Program-made: the position numbers and the translations under genes
Notes under the pieces: model-generated
Database searches by the model: none
What the model was told of the DNA's origin: nothing
The model's input: only the letters and a program-made list of their open reading frames with translations
Assembly: GCA_038742305.1 (NCBI GenBank)
Contig: JAVYKI010000003.1
Coordinates: 181 to 64,180, forward strand
Origin: Candidatus Aenigmatarchaeota archaeon
GTDB taxonomy: Archaea > Aenigmatarchaeota > Aenigmatarchaeia > CG10238-14 > SpSt-28
DNA length: 64,000 bases
Direction of reading: 5' to 3'
Shown: piece by piece, positions 28,867 to 37,514 of the stretch
Position numbering within the stretch: the first letter of the stretch is position 1
How the letters are laid out: each line of letters begins with the position of its first letter

Positions 28867-30001
28867 AAATAAGAATTAGTATTAAAATTATTCCAAATAA
28901 ACTTATTAAATTTGAAATTTTTGAATGATGATTTGGGAAAAATATTTTTAAGAGTTCGTCTATCATTAATCCTCCATCAAGAGGTTTTATTGGAAGCAAA
29001 TTGAAAACTCCAATTCCGATGCTTAAAATTATTAGCCAAACAAAAAAGGAATTAAAAACAAAATTGCAATAAATACTATTTCCTAGAAAGCATAAAGAGA
29101 AATTTTTAGAATAATCAAACAAATCTTTTATAAAGGTATTGTTTAAGAATGAATTCTCCGAAAAGTAAATTTCTCTCTTAATAATTATTCCAATTTTTCT
29201 ATTTTCAAGCTTAATAGTATAGTTTCCTTCTGTTGTAGTTATATTTATATAATCGCTTTCATTTTTAGTTTTAAGAACTTCAACTAGATTTTTTATTGTA
29301 GCTTCTCTATTATCAACAAAAAGTATAATACCTTTTAAATTACTTTTTTCTGCACTAGAGTTTGGAATAATTTCAACTTCCAATCCATAAGGCTTGTAAA
29401 AATTGGAAAGTAAAATAAAAATAAGATAAATTAAAAGGAAAACAAATATTGCAGTCAAAAAATTTCCGAAAGAACCAGCAGCATAGACTTTTAATTTATC
29501 TAAACTTTTAGCTTTTTTAAGTTGCTTTTCATTTGGTTCTACAAAAAAAGCGGGAAGAATTAAAAAGAAAGCATAACCAATGCTTTTTATTTTTATTCTG
29601 TTTGCTGCAGCTAATAATCCATGCATTATTTCATGAGAAAAGGCTATAATGAAAATAGAAAGTATCCAATAAATCGGAGGAACGCATAAAATAAAGTTTG
29701 ATTGACATAATCCTGGTAAGCTTGGTAAAACTATTTGGACAGCAGGTACTTCTGTTTTTACGAATAAAAGCGAGAAAAGGAAGTAAAAAGAATAAAACAT
29801 TACAATAAAGCCGATAATTACGGCAAAAATTCCAACTAAATTTAAAATTTTTGAATGTTTTTTAGAAAATTTTTCAATTTTTTCTATTAGTAGATAGCTT
29901 CTTCTCAGAAAAATTATACCTTCTCTCTTTATATTTTTCCTATCAAGAAAAAGAAAAATAGCTATTAGTCCTAATATTACTAAGCTAATTAAATATTCCA
30001 T
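28850..30001 (-). CDS. site-2 protease family (M50) membrane metalloprotease
   Basis: HEIMHGLLAAANR zinc HExxH in a TM helix and the LLPIKPLDGG (NxxPxxxLDG) motif. Multiple TM helices with a PDZ-like insert. Confidence 0.8.
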   Translation of the reverse strand: MEYLISLVILGLIAIFLFLDRKNIKREGIIFLRRSYLLIEKIEKFSKKHSKILNLVGIFAVIIGFIVMFYSFYFLFSLLFVKTEVPAVQIVLPSLPGLCQSNFILCVPPIYWILSIFIIAFSHEIMHGLLAAANRIKIKSIGYAFFLILPAFFVEPNEKQLKKAKSLDKLKVYAAGSFGNFLTAIFVFLLIYLIFILLSNFYKPYGLEVEIIPNSSAEKSNLKGIILFVDNREATIKNLVEVLKTKNESDYINITTTEGNYTIKLENRKIGIIIKREIYFSENSFLNNTFIKDLFDYSKNFSLCFLGNSIYCNFVFNSFFVWLIILSIGIGVFNLLPIKPLDGGLMIDELLKIFFPNHHSKISNLISLFGIILILILIFKPYF

Positions 30002-30030
30002 ATAATATTAAAGTATTTTCCTTAAATAAT

Positions 30031-30116
30031 TGCGGGGGGTGGGATTTGAACCCACGACGGCACTAAGCCACAGGGACCTCAACCCTGCGCCCTTGGCCAG
30101 GCTAGGCGACCCCCGC
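30031..30116 (-). tRNA. tRNA-Leu(GAG)
   Basis: Reverse complement reads GCGGGGGUCGCCUAGCCUGGCCAAGGGCG-CAGGG-UUGAGGU-CCCUG-long variable arm-GUGGGUUCAAAUCCCAC-CCCCCGC-A. Shares arms and flanks with the tRNA-Leu at 2202. Confidence 0.85.
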
Positions 30117-30143
30117 ATAATAAGAAGAAAAAAAGAGAAAGAG

Positions 30144-30662
30144 CTATTTTTTTACTACAACTTTTTTGATATATTCTAATGCATAGTTTCTATCTTTCCA
30201 CTCTTTTACTTTTACCCACTTTCCTGGCTCTAGTTCTTTGTAATGCTCAAAGAAATGTTTTATTTCGTTTTTAAAAGCTTCTGGTATATCGTTTACATCT
30301 TTTAACCAAGCTAATCTAGGGTCAATTTTTTCTATTGGTACAGCTATTAACTTTTCATCTTTTCCTTTCTCATCTTCCATTTCTAGCAATGCTATTGGTC
30401 TAACTTTTACTATAGTTCCTGGAAGCAAAGGGAAGGTTGTTATTACTAAACAATCCAAAGGGTCTCCATCTTCGCATTTTGTGCTTGGAACAAATCCATA
30501 GTCAAAAGGATAGTGCATGCTGGTATAAAGTACTCTATCAAGTACTAAAGCTCCTAGCTCTTCATCATATTCATACTTGTTTTGACTTCCTCTACTTATT
30601 TCTATTACTACATAAAGTTCTTCAGGTACTTTTGGTCCTGCTGGCAAATCTTTTAAGTTCAT
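30144..30662 (-). CDS. ppa: inorganic pyrophosphatase (family I)
   Basis: [17 protein letters not shown]...DGDPLDCLV...PFDYGFVP active-site motifs. Start moved to [10 protein letters not shown]. Confidence 0.9.
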   Translation of the reverse strand: MNLKDLPAGPKVPEELYVVIEISRGSQNKYEYDEELGALVLDRVLYTSMHYPFDYGFVPSTKCEDGDPLDCLVITTFPLLPGTIVKVRPIALLEMEDEKGKDEKLIAVPIEKIDPRLAWLKDVNDIPEAFKNEIKHFFEHYKELEPGKWVKVKEWKDRNYALEYIKKVVVKK

Positions 30663-30686
30663 AAATATTTTTAACATTTTATTTTT

Positions 30687-30998
30687 ATGGATAAACAAGT
30701 TTTTGTAAAGCTTGAGAAATATAAAGAAATTATAGAAAATTTAACTAGCTTGAAAGTTTCTGTATCAAAACTTAAAAATCAAGTTGTTATTTACAAAAAA
30801 ATAAAGGAATTAGAAGAAAAGCTTATTGAAAAAAACGAAAAGGCTTTAGATGAAATTAATCAAAAATTAGATAACTTACTCTTAATATTTACTTCTAAAG
30901 AAGTTGAAAAAGTGGAAACTGAGAAAATGAAAAAGGAAATAGAAGATATATTAAACTCTTTAAAAGAAATAAAAGAAAGTTTAGAAGTTAAAGTCTAA
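30687..30998 (+). CDS. coiled-coil hypothetical protein
   Basis: 103 aa, heptad-rich and K/E-rich; no identifiable family. Confidence 0.35.
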   Translation: MDKQVFVKLEKYKEIIENLTSLKVSVSKLKNQVVIYKKIKELEEKLIEKNEKALDEINQKLDNLLLIFTSKEVEKVETEKMKKEIEDILNSLKEIKESLEVKV

Positions 30999-31004
30999 TT
31001 TTTT

Positions 31005-31077
31005 TGGGGCGGGTGGGATTTGAACCCACGACCTTCCGGTCTTCAGCCGGACGCTCTCCCAGCTGAGCTACCGCCCC
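31005..31077 (-). tRNA. tRNA-Phe(GAA)
   Basis: Reverse complement reads GGGGCGGUAGCUCAGCUGGGAGAGCG-UCCGG-CUGAAGA-CCGGA-AGGUC-GUGGGUUCAAAUCCCAC-CCGCCCC-A. Confidence 0.9.
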
Positions 31078-31108
31078 TTATAAAAATTATTAAAAATTTT
31101 AAGAAATT

Positions 31109-31312
31109 ATGGGTAGAATAAGAACATTATTAATAAAGAAAATTGCAGAAAAGTTAGTAAGAGAGCATAAAGATAAGCTTTCAGATAGTTTTGAAAAGAA
31201 TAAAGAAATTTTAAAAAGTTTGATACAAATAAGGTCTAAAAAGATAAGGAACAAAGCAGCTGGATATATAACTAAGTTAGTAAAACTTTCAAAATCTTCT
31301 TCTTCCAGCTAA
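31109..31312 (+). CDS. rps17e: ribosomal protein S17e
   Basis: MGRIRTLLIKKIAEKLVREHKDKLSDSFEKNKEILKSLIQIRSKKIRNKAAGYITKL matches eS17 (MGRVRTKTVKKAAR...PSKKLRNKIAGY). Confidence 0.85.
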   Translation: MGRIRTLLIKKIAEKLVREHKDKLSDSFEKNKEILKSLIQIRSKKIRNKAAGYITKLVKLSKSSSSS

Positions 31313-31876
31313 TTTTATTTTTTCGCAGAATTCTTTATCTTTATTAATAATTACTTTAGTTTTTTTAGCTAAGCAAGTTTTTATTAGTTCTTTTTTCTCA
31401 AAAAACAATTCAAAGCAAATGAATAAAGATTCTAGAATTCCAAATTCAGCAAGCTCTTCTAAATTCTGAATTTCTAATTTGTTAAAATCAACTTTTATAT
31501 TTTCAACTTTTATTAAATCTTTTCTTTCTAAAATTAGCTTAACATTATCTAAATTTTCTTTAAAAATTTTTAATTTTGTACCTATTTTAATATTTTCTGC
31601 ATGATAACCTTTAGTAACTTCTTTTTCAACTTCTAATATTTTTCCTTTTATCCTTAAAAAGCCAGTCTCCTTAATATATTTAACACTTTCAACTTTTATT
31701 TTTGCCAAAGTTTCTATTCTATCAATTTTCTTTTTTGTACCGCTAGAATAACTAAAAATGTTTCTGATTATTTTCATTTCTACTTCATCTTTAGGCTCTA
31801 TTATTATTCCTAGCAAAAAAAGTTCTTTTTCCTTCTCAACTATTGCTAATATTTCGTTTTTTTCAACTATTATCAT
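31289..31876 (-). CDS. Pelota/Dom34 N-terminal-domain-like protein (truncated, ~195 aa)
   Basis: DRIETLAKIKVESVKYIKETGFLRIKGKILEVEKEVTKGYHAENIKIGTKLKIFKENL fits the Pelota domain-1 consensus (...LRI.G.I......G.YHT..I..G..L.I.K..W). No eRF1-like central or C-terminal domains follow. Confidence 0.35.
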   Translation of the reverse strand: MIIVEKNEILAIVEKEKELFLLGIIIEPKDEVEMKIIRNIFSYSSGTKKKIDRIETLAKIKVESVKYIKETGFLRIKGKILEVEKEVTKGYHAENIKIGTKLKIFKENLDNVKLILERKDLIKVENIKVDFNKLEIQNLEELAEFGILESLFICFELFFEKKELIKTCLAKKTKVIINKDKEFCEKIKLAGRRRF

Positions 31877-31885
31877 ATAATTATT

Positions 31886-32797
31886 ATGTTGCCACAAGAA
31901 AGAGAAATTGATGAATTTGGTATTATATTAATAGGTGCTCTAATTTTATTTTTTGGTTTAACTTATTTTATAATTTCTACTCAAACAAGAATTATTGCTA
32001 ATGTTACTAATGAAACTTTAACAATTTTTTCTTTACCTTTTATCAAGTTAGATACTTTAAACAGAACAATAACTTTATTAGAAGTTCAAGGAAGTGTTTA
32101 TAAATCTTTATTTTCTGAAAAGCAAGATTCTTTTCCTTTAAAAATAGATTTAAAAGAAGTTGAAAACATTGAAAAAATAAATTTGCATTTCGATTCTGAA
32201 AAGAAACTAAGTAAAGTTTATTTAGTTTCAGATAAAAGAGTTTTTGAAATACAAAAGGAAATAACAAAAGAGCTTATTACTCCAAATTCATACATTTTAG
32301 TAAAAATTGAAGAAATAGATTATACTTTTTTTGTAATATTAGGCACAGCTTATATATTAATAATTTTAATTCTTTATACTTTGCTAAAAAAATATTCTCA
32401 ATATAATTTTGAAATAAAAATAGCAATTTTATCAGTTTCAGTTGTATTTTTTTCTTTAGTTCTTATTTTTGGAAATAAAAAAGTTGTAGATAACTATAAT
32501 TTAAAATTAGAAGCAATAATGAAATCTTTTGTAGAAAAAAGTTTTGAATTCAAGTTTTTAAGAGAAAAGAGAAATTTAACTTTATATTTTGAATTAGAAA
32601 AAGCAATCCAAACAGCACCATTAAAAATAATTCTTAATGATGAAATACTTTATTTTACAAAACCCTTTTCAAATAGAATAAATATTACAAAAGAAGTAAG
32701 CTTAAAAGAAAGCAACATTTTAAAAATTTCAGTGGAAGGGGAAGCTCTATATGAAATTAAGAATTTAAAGCTTATAGTTGGGCCGGCCCGGAGTTGA
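31886..32797 (+). CDS. membrane protein (hypothetical)
   Basis: 303 aa with an N-terminal TM helix and two central TM helices. The last codons overlap tRNA-Val on the opposite strand. Confidence 0.4.
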   Translation: MLPQEREIDEFGIILIGALILFFGLTYFIISTQTRIIANVTNETLTIFSLPFIKLDTLNRTITLLEVQGSVYKSLFSEKQDSFPLKIDLKEVENIEKINLHFDSEKKLSKVYLVSDKRVFEIQKEITKELITPNSYILVKIEEIDYTFFVILGTAYILIILILYTLLKKYSQYNFEIKIAILSVSVVFFSLVLIFGNKKVVDNYNLKLEAIMKSFVEKSFEFKFLREKRNLTLYFELEKAIQTAPLKIILNDEILYFTKPFSNRINITKEVSLKESNILKISVEGEALYEIKNLKLIVGPARS

Positions 32798-32849
32798 ACC
32801 GGGATCTCTGCCGCGTGAGGGCAGCGTCCTACCGCTAGACTACCGGCCC
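32779..32849 (-). tRNA. tRNA-Val(CAC)
   Basis: Reverse complement reads GGGCCGGUAGUCUAGCGGUAGGACG-CUGCC-CUCACGC-GGCAG-AGAU-CCCGGUUCAACUCCGGG-CCGGCCC-A. Confidence 0.85.
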
Positions 32850-33262
32850 TATATTCCTTTACCTCTTCTCCAATGATAAGTATAACCAAGAACAAACTTA
32901 TCATCCAAATAATCTAAAATTAAATGCAATAAGAATGAAAGAAAGAAAAGAAAAAGATTTATAGAATATAGTGCTGTAATAGGTGTAAGTATAGACCAAA
33001 AAGCTAAAAAAGGTAAATTGTGAAAAATTAAAAACCCTCTTCTAATTCTATCTGAAGTTATATTAAATTTTAAAAATTTAAGAAAATTTTTCGGAGCAAA
33101 CTTATAATAAGCTACATGATCGATATCTGGAATAAACGAACCAATTAATATTGCTATAATGTTTTCAATTTTTATTTCTTTAAAAAAAATAATGTAATTA
33201 AAAATTACTATAATAGGAACTAAAAAGTGCAAAATTGCATGAACTAACCAAACTTCTCTCAT
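32849..33262 (-). CDS. membrane-bound metal-dependent hydrolase-like protein (DUF457/YdjM-like), putative
   Basis: Polytopic, with His/Asp motifs in helices (HAILHFLVP...GSFIPDIDHV...HLILDYLDD). Confidence 0.4.
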   Translation of the reverse strand: MREVWLVHAILHFLVPIIVIFNYIIFFKEIKIENIIAILIGSFIPDIDHVAYYKFAPKNFLKFLKFNITSDRIRRGFLIFHNLPFLAFWSILTPITALYSINLFLFFLSFLLHLILDYLDDKFVLGYTYHWRRGKGI

Positions 33263-33810
33263 AAAAAGATAAGGACATAGTATGACAATAAGTATAATGA
33301 AAAGGAAAGAGCTAAAATAATTCCGTAAACTAGAGGATTTATAAGGAAAAGATTATTTCCTGGAGAATTTTTGTACGGAAGCATTATAGAAAAAATAAAA
33401 GAGAAAGCAACTAGGGAAAATTTAAAATTTAAAAAAGTAATTGAAAGTAAACCTAAAGAGAATAGAATGAAAATGAAAAATGAAATATAAAGCGAAATTT
33501 CTTTTTCAGTAAGTTTATTTTTTAGAACTCTTTCAAATTTTTTATAATATGCATTAAAATAAATGAAAGGAAAAACTGGAAATTTTAAAAAAGAGAATAG
33601 AATAGAAATTAGCAAACCTAAATTCCAAGTTTCTAACTTAAAATATATTCCGTTTTTTGAAGAAAAATAGAAGAAGAAGAAAAAAGAAGGTAAAAGGAAA
33701 AAAGAAGTGTATACAAGCGTTTCGAGAAAATTTAAATTAAGAGCAATTTTTATAGAAAGAGAGATAAAAATTGTAATAGCAAAAAGCAGTAAAATATTTT
33801 TTTCAATCAT
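33259..33810 (-). CDS. polytopic membrane protein (hypothetical)
   Basis: 183 aa, 5-6 predicted TM helices; overlaps neighbours by 4 to 8 nt in an operon-like arrangement. Confidence 0.4.
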   Translation of the reverse strand: MIEKNILLLFAITIFISLSIKIALNLNFLETLVYTSFFLLPSFFFFFYFSSKNGIYFKLETWNLGLLISILFSFLKFPVFPFIYFNAYYKKFERVLKNKLTEKEISLYISFFIFILFSLGLLSITFLNFKFSLVAFSFIFSIMLPYKNSPGNNLFLINPLVYGIILALSFSLYLLSYYVLIFL

Positions 33811-34582
33811 AAAAGAAATATTTCGTTGCTTCTTTAATGTTTGAAACTTCTACAACTTCTATTCCAACTTCTTTACTTATATTAACTTCTTCTGGAACAT
33901 ATCTTATAGTACAAAATTCAAAACTTGCAATCCTTCTACATTCTTTTTCTTGCTTATATTCATAATATGTTGATTGACCCTTTGGAACTAAAAGAATTTT
34001 AATTCCAAAATCTTTTGCAGCTTTTGCTTTTTCAAGTATTCCTCCAACTTGGCCTATGCTACCATCTTCGTTTATAGTTCCAGTAATTGCAACATAAGGG
34101 TTTAGAGTTTTATTGGTAATTGCTGCAATTGTAGCTATTGCAATTGCTGCTCCAGCAGAAGGACCCCCAACAACTTGAGCATCAGATTCAATTTTATAAA
34201 TTATATCGATTTTTGAAGTGTTAACTTTTGCTACTTCTTCAGCAACTTTTTTTGCTATTCTTATAGATTCTTGAGTATCAATCCAAAAAAATATGTTATC
34301 TATAGAAACTAAAGTATTTCCTTCACCGCTCTTAGCTTCTACAAAAAGCTTAACAATTTTTCCGTTTCCATTATTATCTACAGCCAATAATGGTATAAAA
34401 ACTTTAGTTTGAGATTTATTTGCAAGAATAGAAACATTTATAGTAAAAAGAGAAGGTTTTGTAGAAGTAATAGAAGGTTTAGAAAAATATTGAAAAACAT
34501 AGATAATTAAACCTATGTTTAAGAGTATTAAAATTAAAGCTATTATTTCAAAAATTGAGTTTTTTCTTTTTTTGTTTCTCAT
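33803..34582 (-). CDS. membrane-anchored Lon-type protease domain protein (S16 Lon-C only, no AAA+ module)
   Basis: N-terminal TM helix, then VVGGPSAGAAIAIATIAAITNKTLNPYVAITGTINEDGSIGQVGGILEKAKAAKDFGIKILLVP, i.e. the Lon proteolytic Ser-Lys dyad region (GPSAG...K). Confidence 0.65.
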   Translation of the reverse strand: MRNKKRKNSIFEIIALILILLNIGLIIYVFQYFSKPSITSTKPSLFTINVSILANKSQTKVFIPLLAVDNNGNGKIVKLFVEAKSGEGNTLVSIDNIFFWIDTQESIRIAKKVAEEVAKVNTSKIDIIYKIESDAQVVGGPSAGAAIAIATIAAITNKTLNPYVAITGTINEDGSIGQVGGILEKAKAAKDFGIKILLVPKGQSTYYEYKQEKECRRIASFEFCTIRYVPEEVNISKEVGIEVVEVSNIKEATKYFFYD

Positions 34583-34607
34583 AAAATTAAATTAAAATAT
34601 TTAATTA

Positions 34608-34897
34608 GGTAGGGGCGCGCCTAGGGTCGATAAGATGCTCAGCCAGCTTTTACCCAAGCAAGCTGCTTATGTCATAAGCTGCTGAACGTCTGTAGTATAT
34701 CTTATGGCTGCTTCCTTTCGGACCTCACCAGGTTCGATATACTACAGACCCCAGCAGCTTATGACATTCATTACAGCCGCTTGGAGCTGGCCAAGCACCT
34801 TACCTTCCCTAGGCTACGGCGGCCGTTATGGACCCTTTGCCACGCAGCCTTTTAGGCTGCGTAGGGGAGGCCCAGCCCCCCGCCGGAGGCCCCTACC
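34608..34897 (-). ncRNA. ffs: signal recognition particle RNA (7S/SRP RNA), ~290 nt
   Basis: Only large GC-rich island (~60% GC) in the region. The minus-strand reading contains the helix-8 motif CCUGGUGAGGUCCGAAAGGAAGCAGCC. The termini GGUAGGGGC...GCCCCUACC are perfectly complementary. The ORF-track ORF 34704..34958 here is spurious. Confidence 0.8.
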
Positions 34898-34940
34898 TAA
34901 TTATATTTTTGATTTCCTAGGCTTATTTTTTAAAACAATA

Positions 34941-34958
34941 GAAAAGTATTTATATTAA
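34941..34958 (+). promoter_or_regulatory. BRE/TATA-like element (gaaaag-tatttatatta) ~26 nt upstream of the acidic mini-ORF ATG
   Basis: Purine-rich BRE-like stretch followed by an 8-10 bp A/T TATA box. The spacing fits a leaderless archaeal mRNA starting at 34981. Confidence 0.3.
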
Positions 34959-34980
34959 TTAGATTATTTAAGTTATAGAC

Positions 34981-35103
34981 ATGGTTTTGAAATATCAAGA
35001 CGAAGAGGAAGAAGAGGAAGAAAGCGAAGAAGAATGGGAAGAGGAAGAATGGGAAGAAGAGTTTGAAGAAGAAGATATAGATTTCGAGGAAGAAGAAGAA
35101 TAA
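34981..35103 (+). CDS. 40-aa extremely acidic peptide (MVLKYQDEEEEEEESEEEWEEEEWEEEFEEEDIDFEEEEE)
   Basis: Manual translation, not in the ORF track. ATG at 34981, TAA at 35101-35103, preceded by a TATA-like box. About 75% Glu/Asp; its GAA/GAG richness makes it stand out in the AT-rich background. Confidence 0.35.
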   Translation: MVLKYQDEEEEEEESEEEWEEEEWEEEFEEEDIDFEEEEE

Positions 35104-35115
35104 CTGCCAGAAGCC

Positions 35116-35946
35116 TTAGCAATTTCTGGTTATTTTTATTTTTACTTGATATTTATAAATTCTTGGAGCATAAGGAAGAACTTTTCTTATTTCCAATATT
35201 TCTCCTTCTTTTCTCAATTCAGAAAGTTTTTCTTCAAAAATTTTTTTAATTTCGTTTTCACTACCTTCTTTAGCCCAATAATAAGTATGAATTATTCCAT
35301 TATTCTTTATGAATTCTGTTGCTACATCTAAAAAAGTATGAGCACTTAAAGGTAAAGGCATTATGATTCTATCAAAAAGAATTTTAAATTTAACATTTCT
35401 AGCATCTGCAAGTATGTTAAAAACTTTATCATCAACCTTATTAAGTTTAACATTTTCTTTAGCATATTTTATTGCAAAAGGATTTATTTCTACACAAAAA
35501 ATTTTAACATTTTTCTTTTTTGCAATTGCAATTGCAAAAGGTGCAGTTCCGCTAAATAGCAATAATATTTTTTCTCCATCTTGAACTTCTTTTGCTATTC
35601 TTTGCCTTTCAGTAGCTTCTCTAGGAGAAAAATAAACTTTTGTTACATCTAGCTTTATTAAATATCCATATTCTTTGTGAATTACTTCAGTTTCGTTTCC
35701 AATTATTTTTTCAAAATTATAAGTTCTATAAATTCCTTCTCTTTTTCCAATTTTTTGTAAAACAGTTACAACATTTTTATTTAATTTTTGAATAGCTTTT
35801 GCAATTTCAACTTTATATTTTTCTAATTCTTCAGGAATTTCTATTATCGCTATTGCTTTTTCTTTCGAGCCAATAATATCGAAACTTCTAGGAACTTTTT
35901 CTAATAGTTCTTCAGGAATAATACCTTTAAGAACATCTTTTAGCAT
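35116..35946 (-). CDS. trm5: tRNA (guanine37-N1)-methyltransferase Trm5 (class I MTase)
   Basis: IIGNETEVIHKEYGYLIKLDVTKVYFSPREATER, LLLFSGTAPFAIAIA, CVEINPFAIKYAKENVKLNKV and DRIIMPLP match Trm5 motifs. Confidence 0.8.
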   Translation of the reverse strand: MLKDVLKGIIPEELLEKVPRSFDIIGSKEKAIAIIEIPEELEKYKVEIAKAIQKLNKNVVTVLQKIGKREGIYRTYNFEKIIGNETEVIHKEYGYLIKLDVTKVYFSPREATERQRIAKEVQDGEKILLLFSGTAPFAIAIAKKKNVKIFCVEINPFAIKYAKENVKLNKVDDKVFNILADARNVKFKILFDRIIMPLPLSAHTFLDVATEFIKNNGIIHTYYWAKEGSENEIKKIFEEKLSELRKEGEILEIRKVLPYAPRIYKYQVKIKITRNC

Positions 35947-35952
35947 ATAATT

Positions 35953-36594
35953 ATGATAATTGCTCTTAATTTTAAAGCATTTAAAGAAACTATAGGGAAA
36001 AATTGTATAAAAACAATAAAAGAAGTTAAAAGTATTGCAAAAGAAAATGTAATTTTTATAATTAATCCTGCAGACATTTCTTTAACTTCTTACTTTTTCA
36101 AAAAAAGAAAATTTAAAATTTTTACATCTTTATCTTTTGCAATAGAAAGCTATGGTCAATTTACAGGAAAAATACCAATAGAATTTTTAAAAGATTTAAA
36201 AATTGAAGGAGTATTAATTAATCATTCAGAAAATAGAATAAACTTTTCAGAAATAAAAAAATTTGTTGAAATTTCAAAAAAATATGAAATTGAGACAATG
36301 GTTTGCGTAAAAAGTATTAAAGAAGCTAAAATTACTGATAAATTAAAGCCAAATTATATTGCTTACGAAGACCCAAAATTAATTGGAACTGGAATTCCTA
36401 TTTCTAAAGCAAAATCTAGTTCAGTAAAAAAATTTGCTGAAAGCATAAAAAGCATACCAATATGCGGAGCGGGAATAACTAATAAAGAAGATGTTATAGC
36501 TGCTAAAGAATTAGGATGTAAAGGAGTTTTAATTGCTTCTGCTTTTGCTAAATCAAAAAACAAAAAGCAATTCTTAAAAGAAATTATGGTATGA
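35953..36594 (+). CDS. tpiA: triosephosphate isomerase (archaeal short form)
   Basis: GVLINHSENR, AYEDPKLIGTG and CGAGI match archaeal TIM motifs. Confidence 0.85.
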   Translation: MIIALNFKAFKETIGKNCIKTIKEVKSIAKENVIFIINPADISLTSYFFKKRKFKIFTSLSFAIESYGQFTGKIPIEFLKDLKIEGVLINHSENRINFSEIKKFVEISKKYEIETMVCVKSIKEAKITDKLKPNYIAYEDPKLIGTGIPISKAKSSSVKKFAESIKSIPICGAGITNKEDVIAAKELGCKGVLIASAFAKSKNKKQFLKEIMV

Positions 36595-37514
36595 AATTTT
36601 TAACAATAGGTTCTGCTGTAGTTGATATAATCGCTTATATAGAAGAAGATGTTGCAGAAAAAGAATTTTTTAAAATAAGAATTGGAAGCAAGTATAATTT
36701 AAATGTTTTTAGGTTTGATATTGGTGGCTCTGCATTAAATGTTGCAATAACTTTATCTAGACTAGGAAACAAAACAAGCATATTAACTAAAGTAGGAAAT
36801 GATTATTATTCAAGAAAAATAATTGAAGTTTTGAAAAAAGAAAAAGTTGGAACAAAATATATTAAAAGGGAAAAAACTCTTTCAGATTTTTCTATTGTTT
36901 TAATGCATAAAGGAGAAAGAAGTATATTAGTAAGTCATACGGTTTCCAAAAAATTTAAAGAGAAAGATATAAAGAAAGAAATTATAAAAAATTTTGATGT
37001 AATAATTTCTACTAGCATTTTTTCTTTAGAAGCAGAAAAAATATATTCAAAAATTTCGGAATATTGCGAAAAGCATGAAAAATTTTTTGTTTTTAATCCT
37101 AGTATAACTGTTTTAAGAAAGTTTGATTTATCATTTTTAAAAGGAAATATTATAATTTTAAACGAAGAAGAAGCAAAAAGTTTAACAAAAGAGAATAATT
37201 TAAAAAAAGCTGCTAAAAAAATGCTTGAAAACTTTGAAATAGTAGTAATTACTTTAGGAAAAAAAGGTTCAATGCTTTTTACTAAAAAAGAGCAATATTA
37301 TCAAGAAGCATATAAAGTTGGAATAGTTTCCACTTTAGGTGCTGGTGATAGCTTCACTGCAGGCTTTACTCATTACTTTTTTAAATATAAAAACCTTCAA
37401 GAAGCATTAAGGTTTGCAAGTGCATTGGCTGCAATAAACATTTCAGATTCTTCTCCAATACCAAGCATAAAAAGCGAGCAAGATGTAATTGATTTTATAA
37501 AAATTAAAAGTTAA
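36591..37514 (+). CDS. PfkB-family carbohydrate/nucleoside kinase (ribokinase superfamily)
   Basis: N-terminal GSAVVDII...GGSALNVA and the C-terminal anion-hole GAGDSFTAG motif. Confidence 0.75.
   Translation: MKFLTIGSAVVDIIAYIEEDVAEKEFFKIRIGSKYNLNVFRFDIGGSALNVAITLSRLGNKTSILTKVGNDYYSRKIIEVLKKEKVGTKYIKREKTLSDFSIVLMHKGERSILVSHTVSKKFKEKDIKKEIIKNFDVIISTSIFSLEAEKIYSKISEYCEKHEKFFVFNPSITVLRKFDLSFLKGNIIILNEEEAKSLTKENNLKKAAKKMLENFEIVVITLGKKGSMLFTKKEQYYQEAYKVGIVSTLGAGDSFTAGFTHYFFKYKNLQEALRFASALAAINISDSSPIPSIKSEQDVIDFIKIKS

Noticed and set aside
30437-30664. 75-aa plus-strand ORF inside ppa
   Set aside because: Antisense to inorganic pyrophosphatase.
32043-32904. ORFs 32043-32267 and 32650-32904 on the minus strand
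   Set aside because: The first is antisense to the membrane-protein gene. The second overlaps tRNA-Val and that gene's 3' end with a low-complexity translation.
34704-34958. 84-aa plus-strand ORF with Arg/Pro/Gly-rich translation
   Set aside because: Lies entirely within the GC-rich SRP RNA gene on the opposite strand. Composition artefact.
35146-35584. Two plus-strand ORFs inside trm5
   Set aside because: Antisense to Trm5.
36363-36563. 66-aa minus-strand ORF inside tpiA
   Set aside because: Antisense to triosephosphate isomerase.
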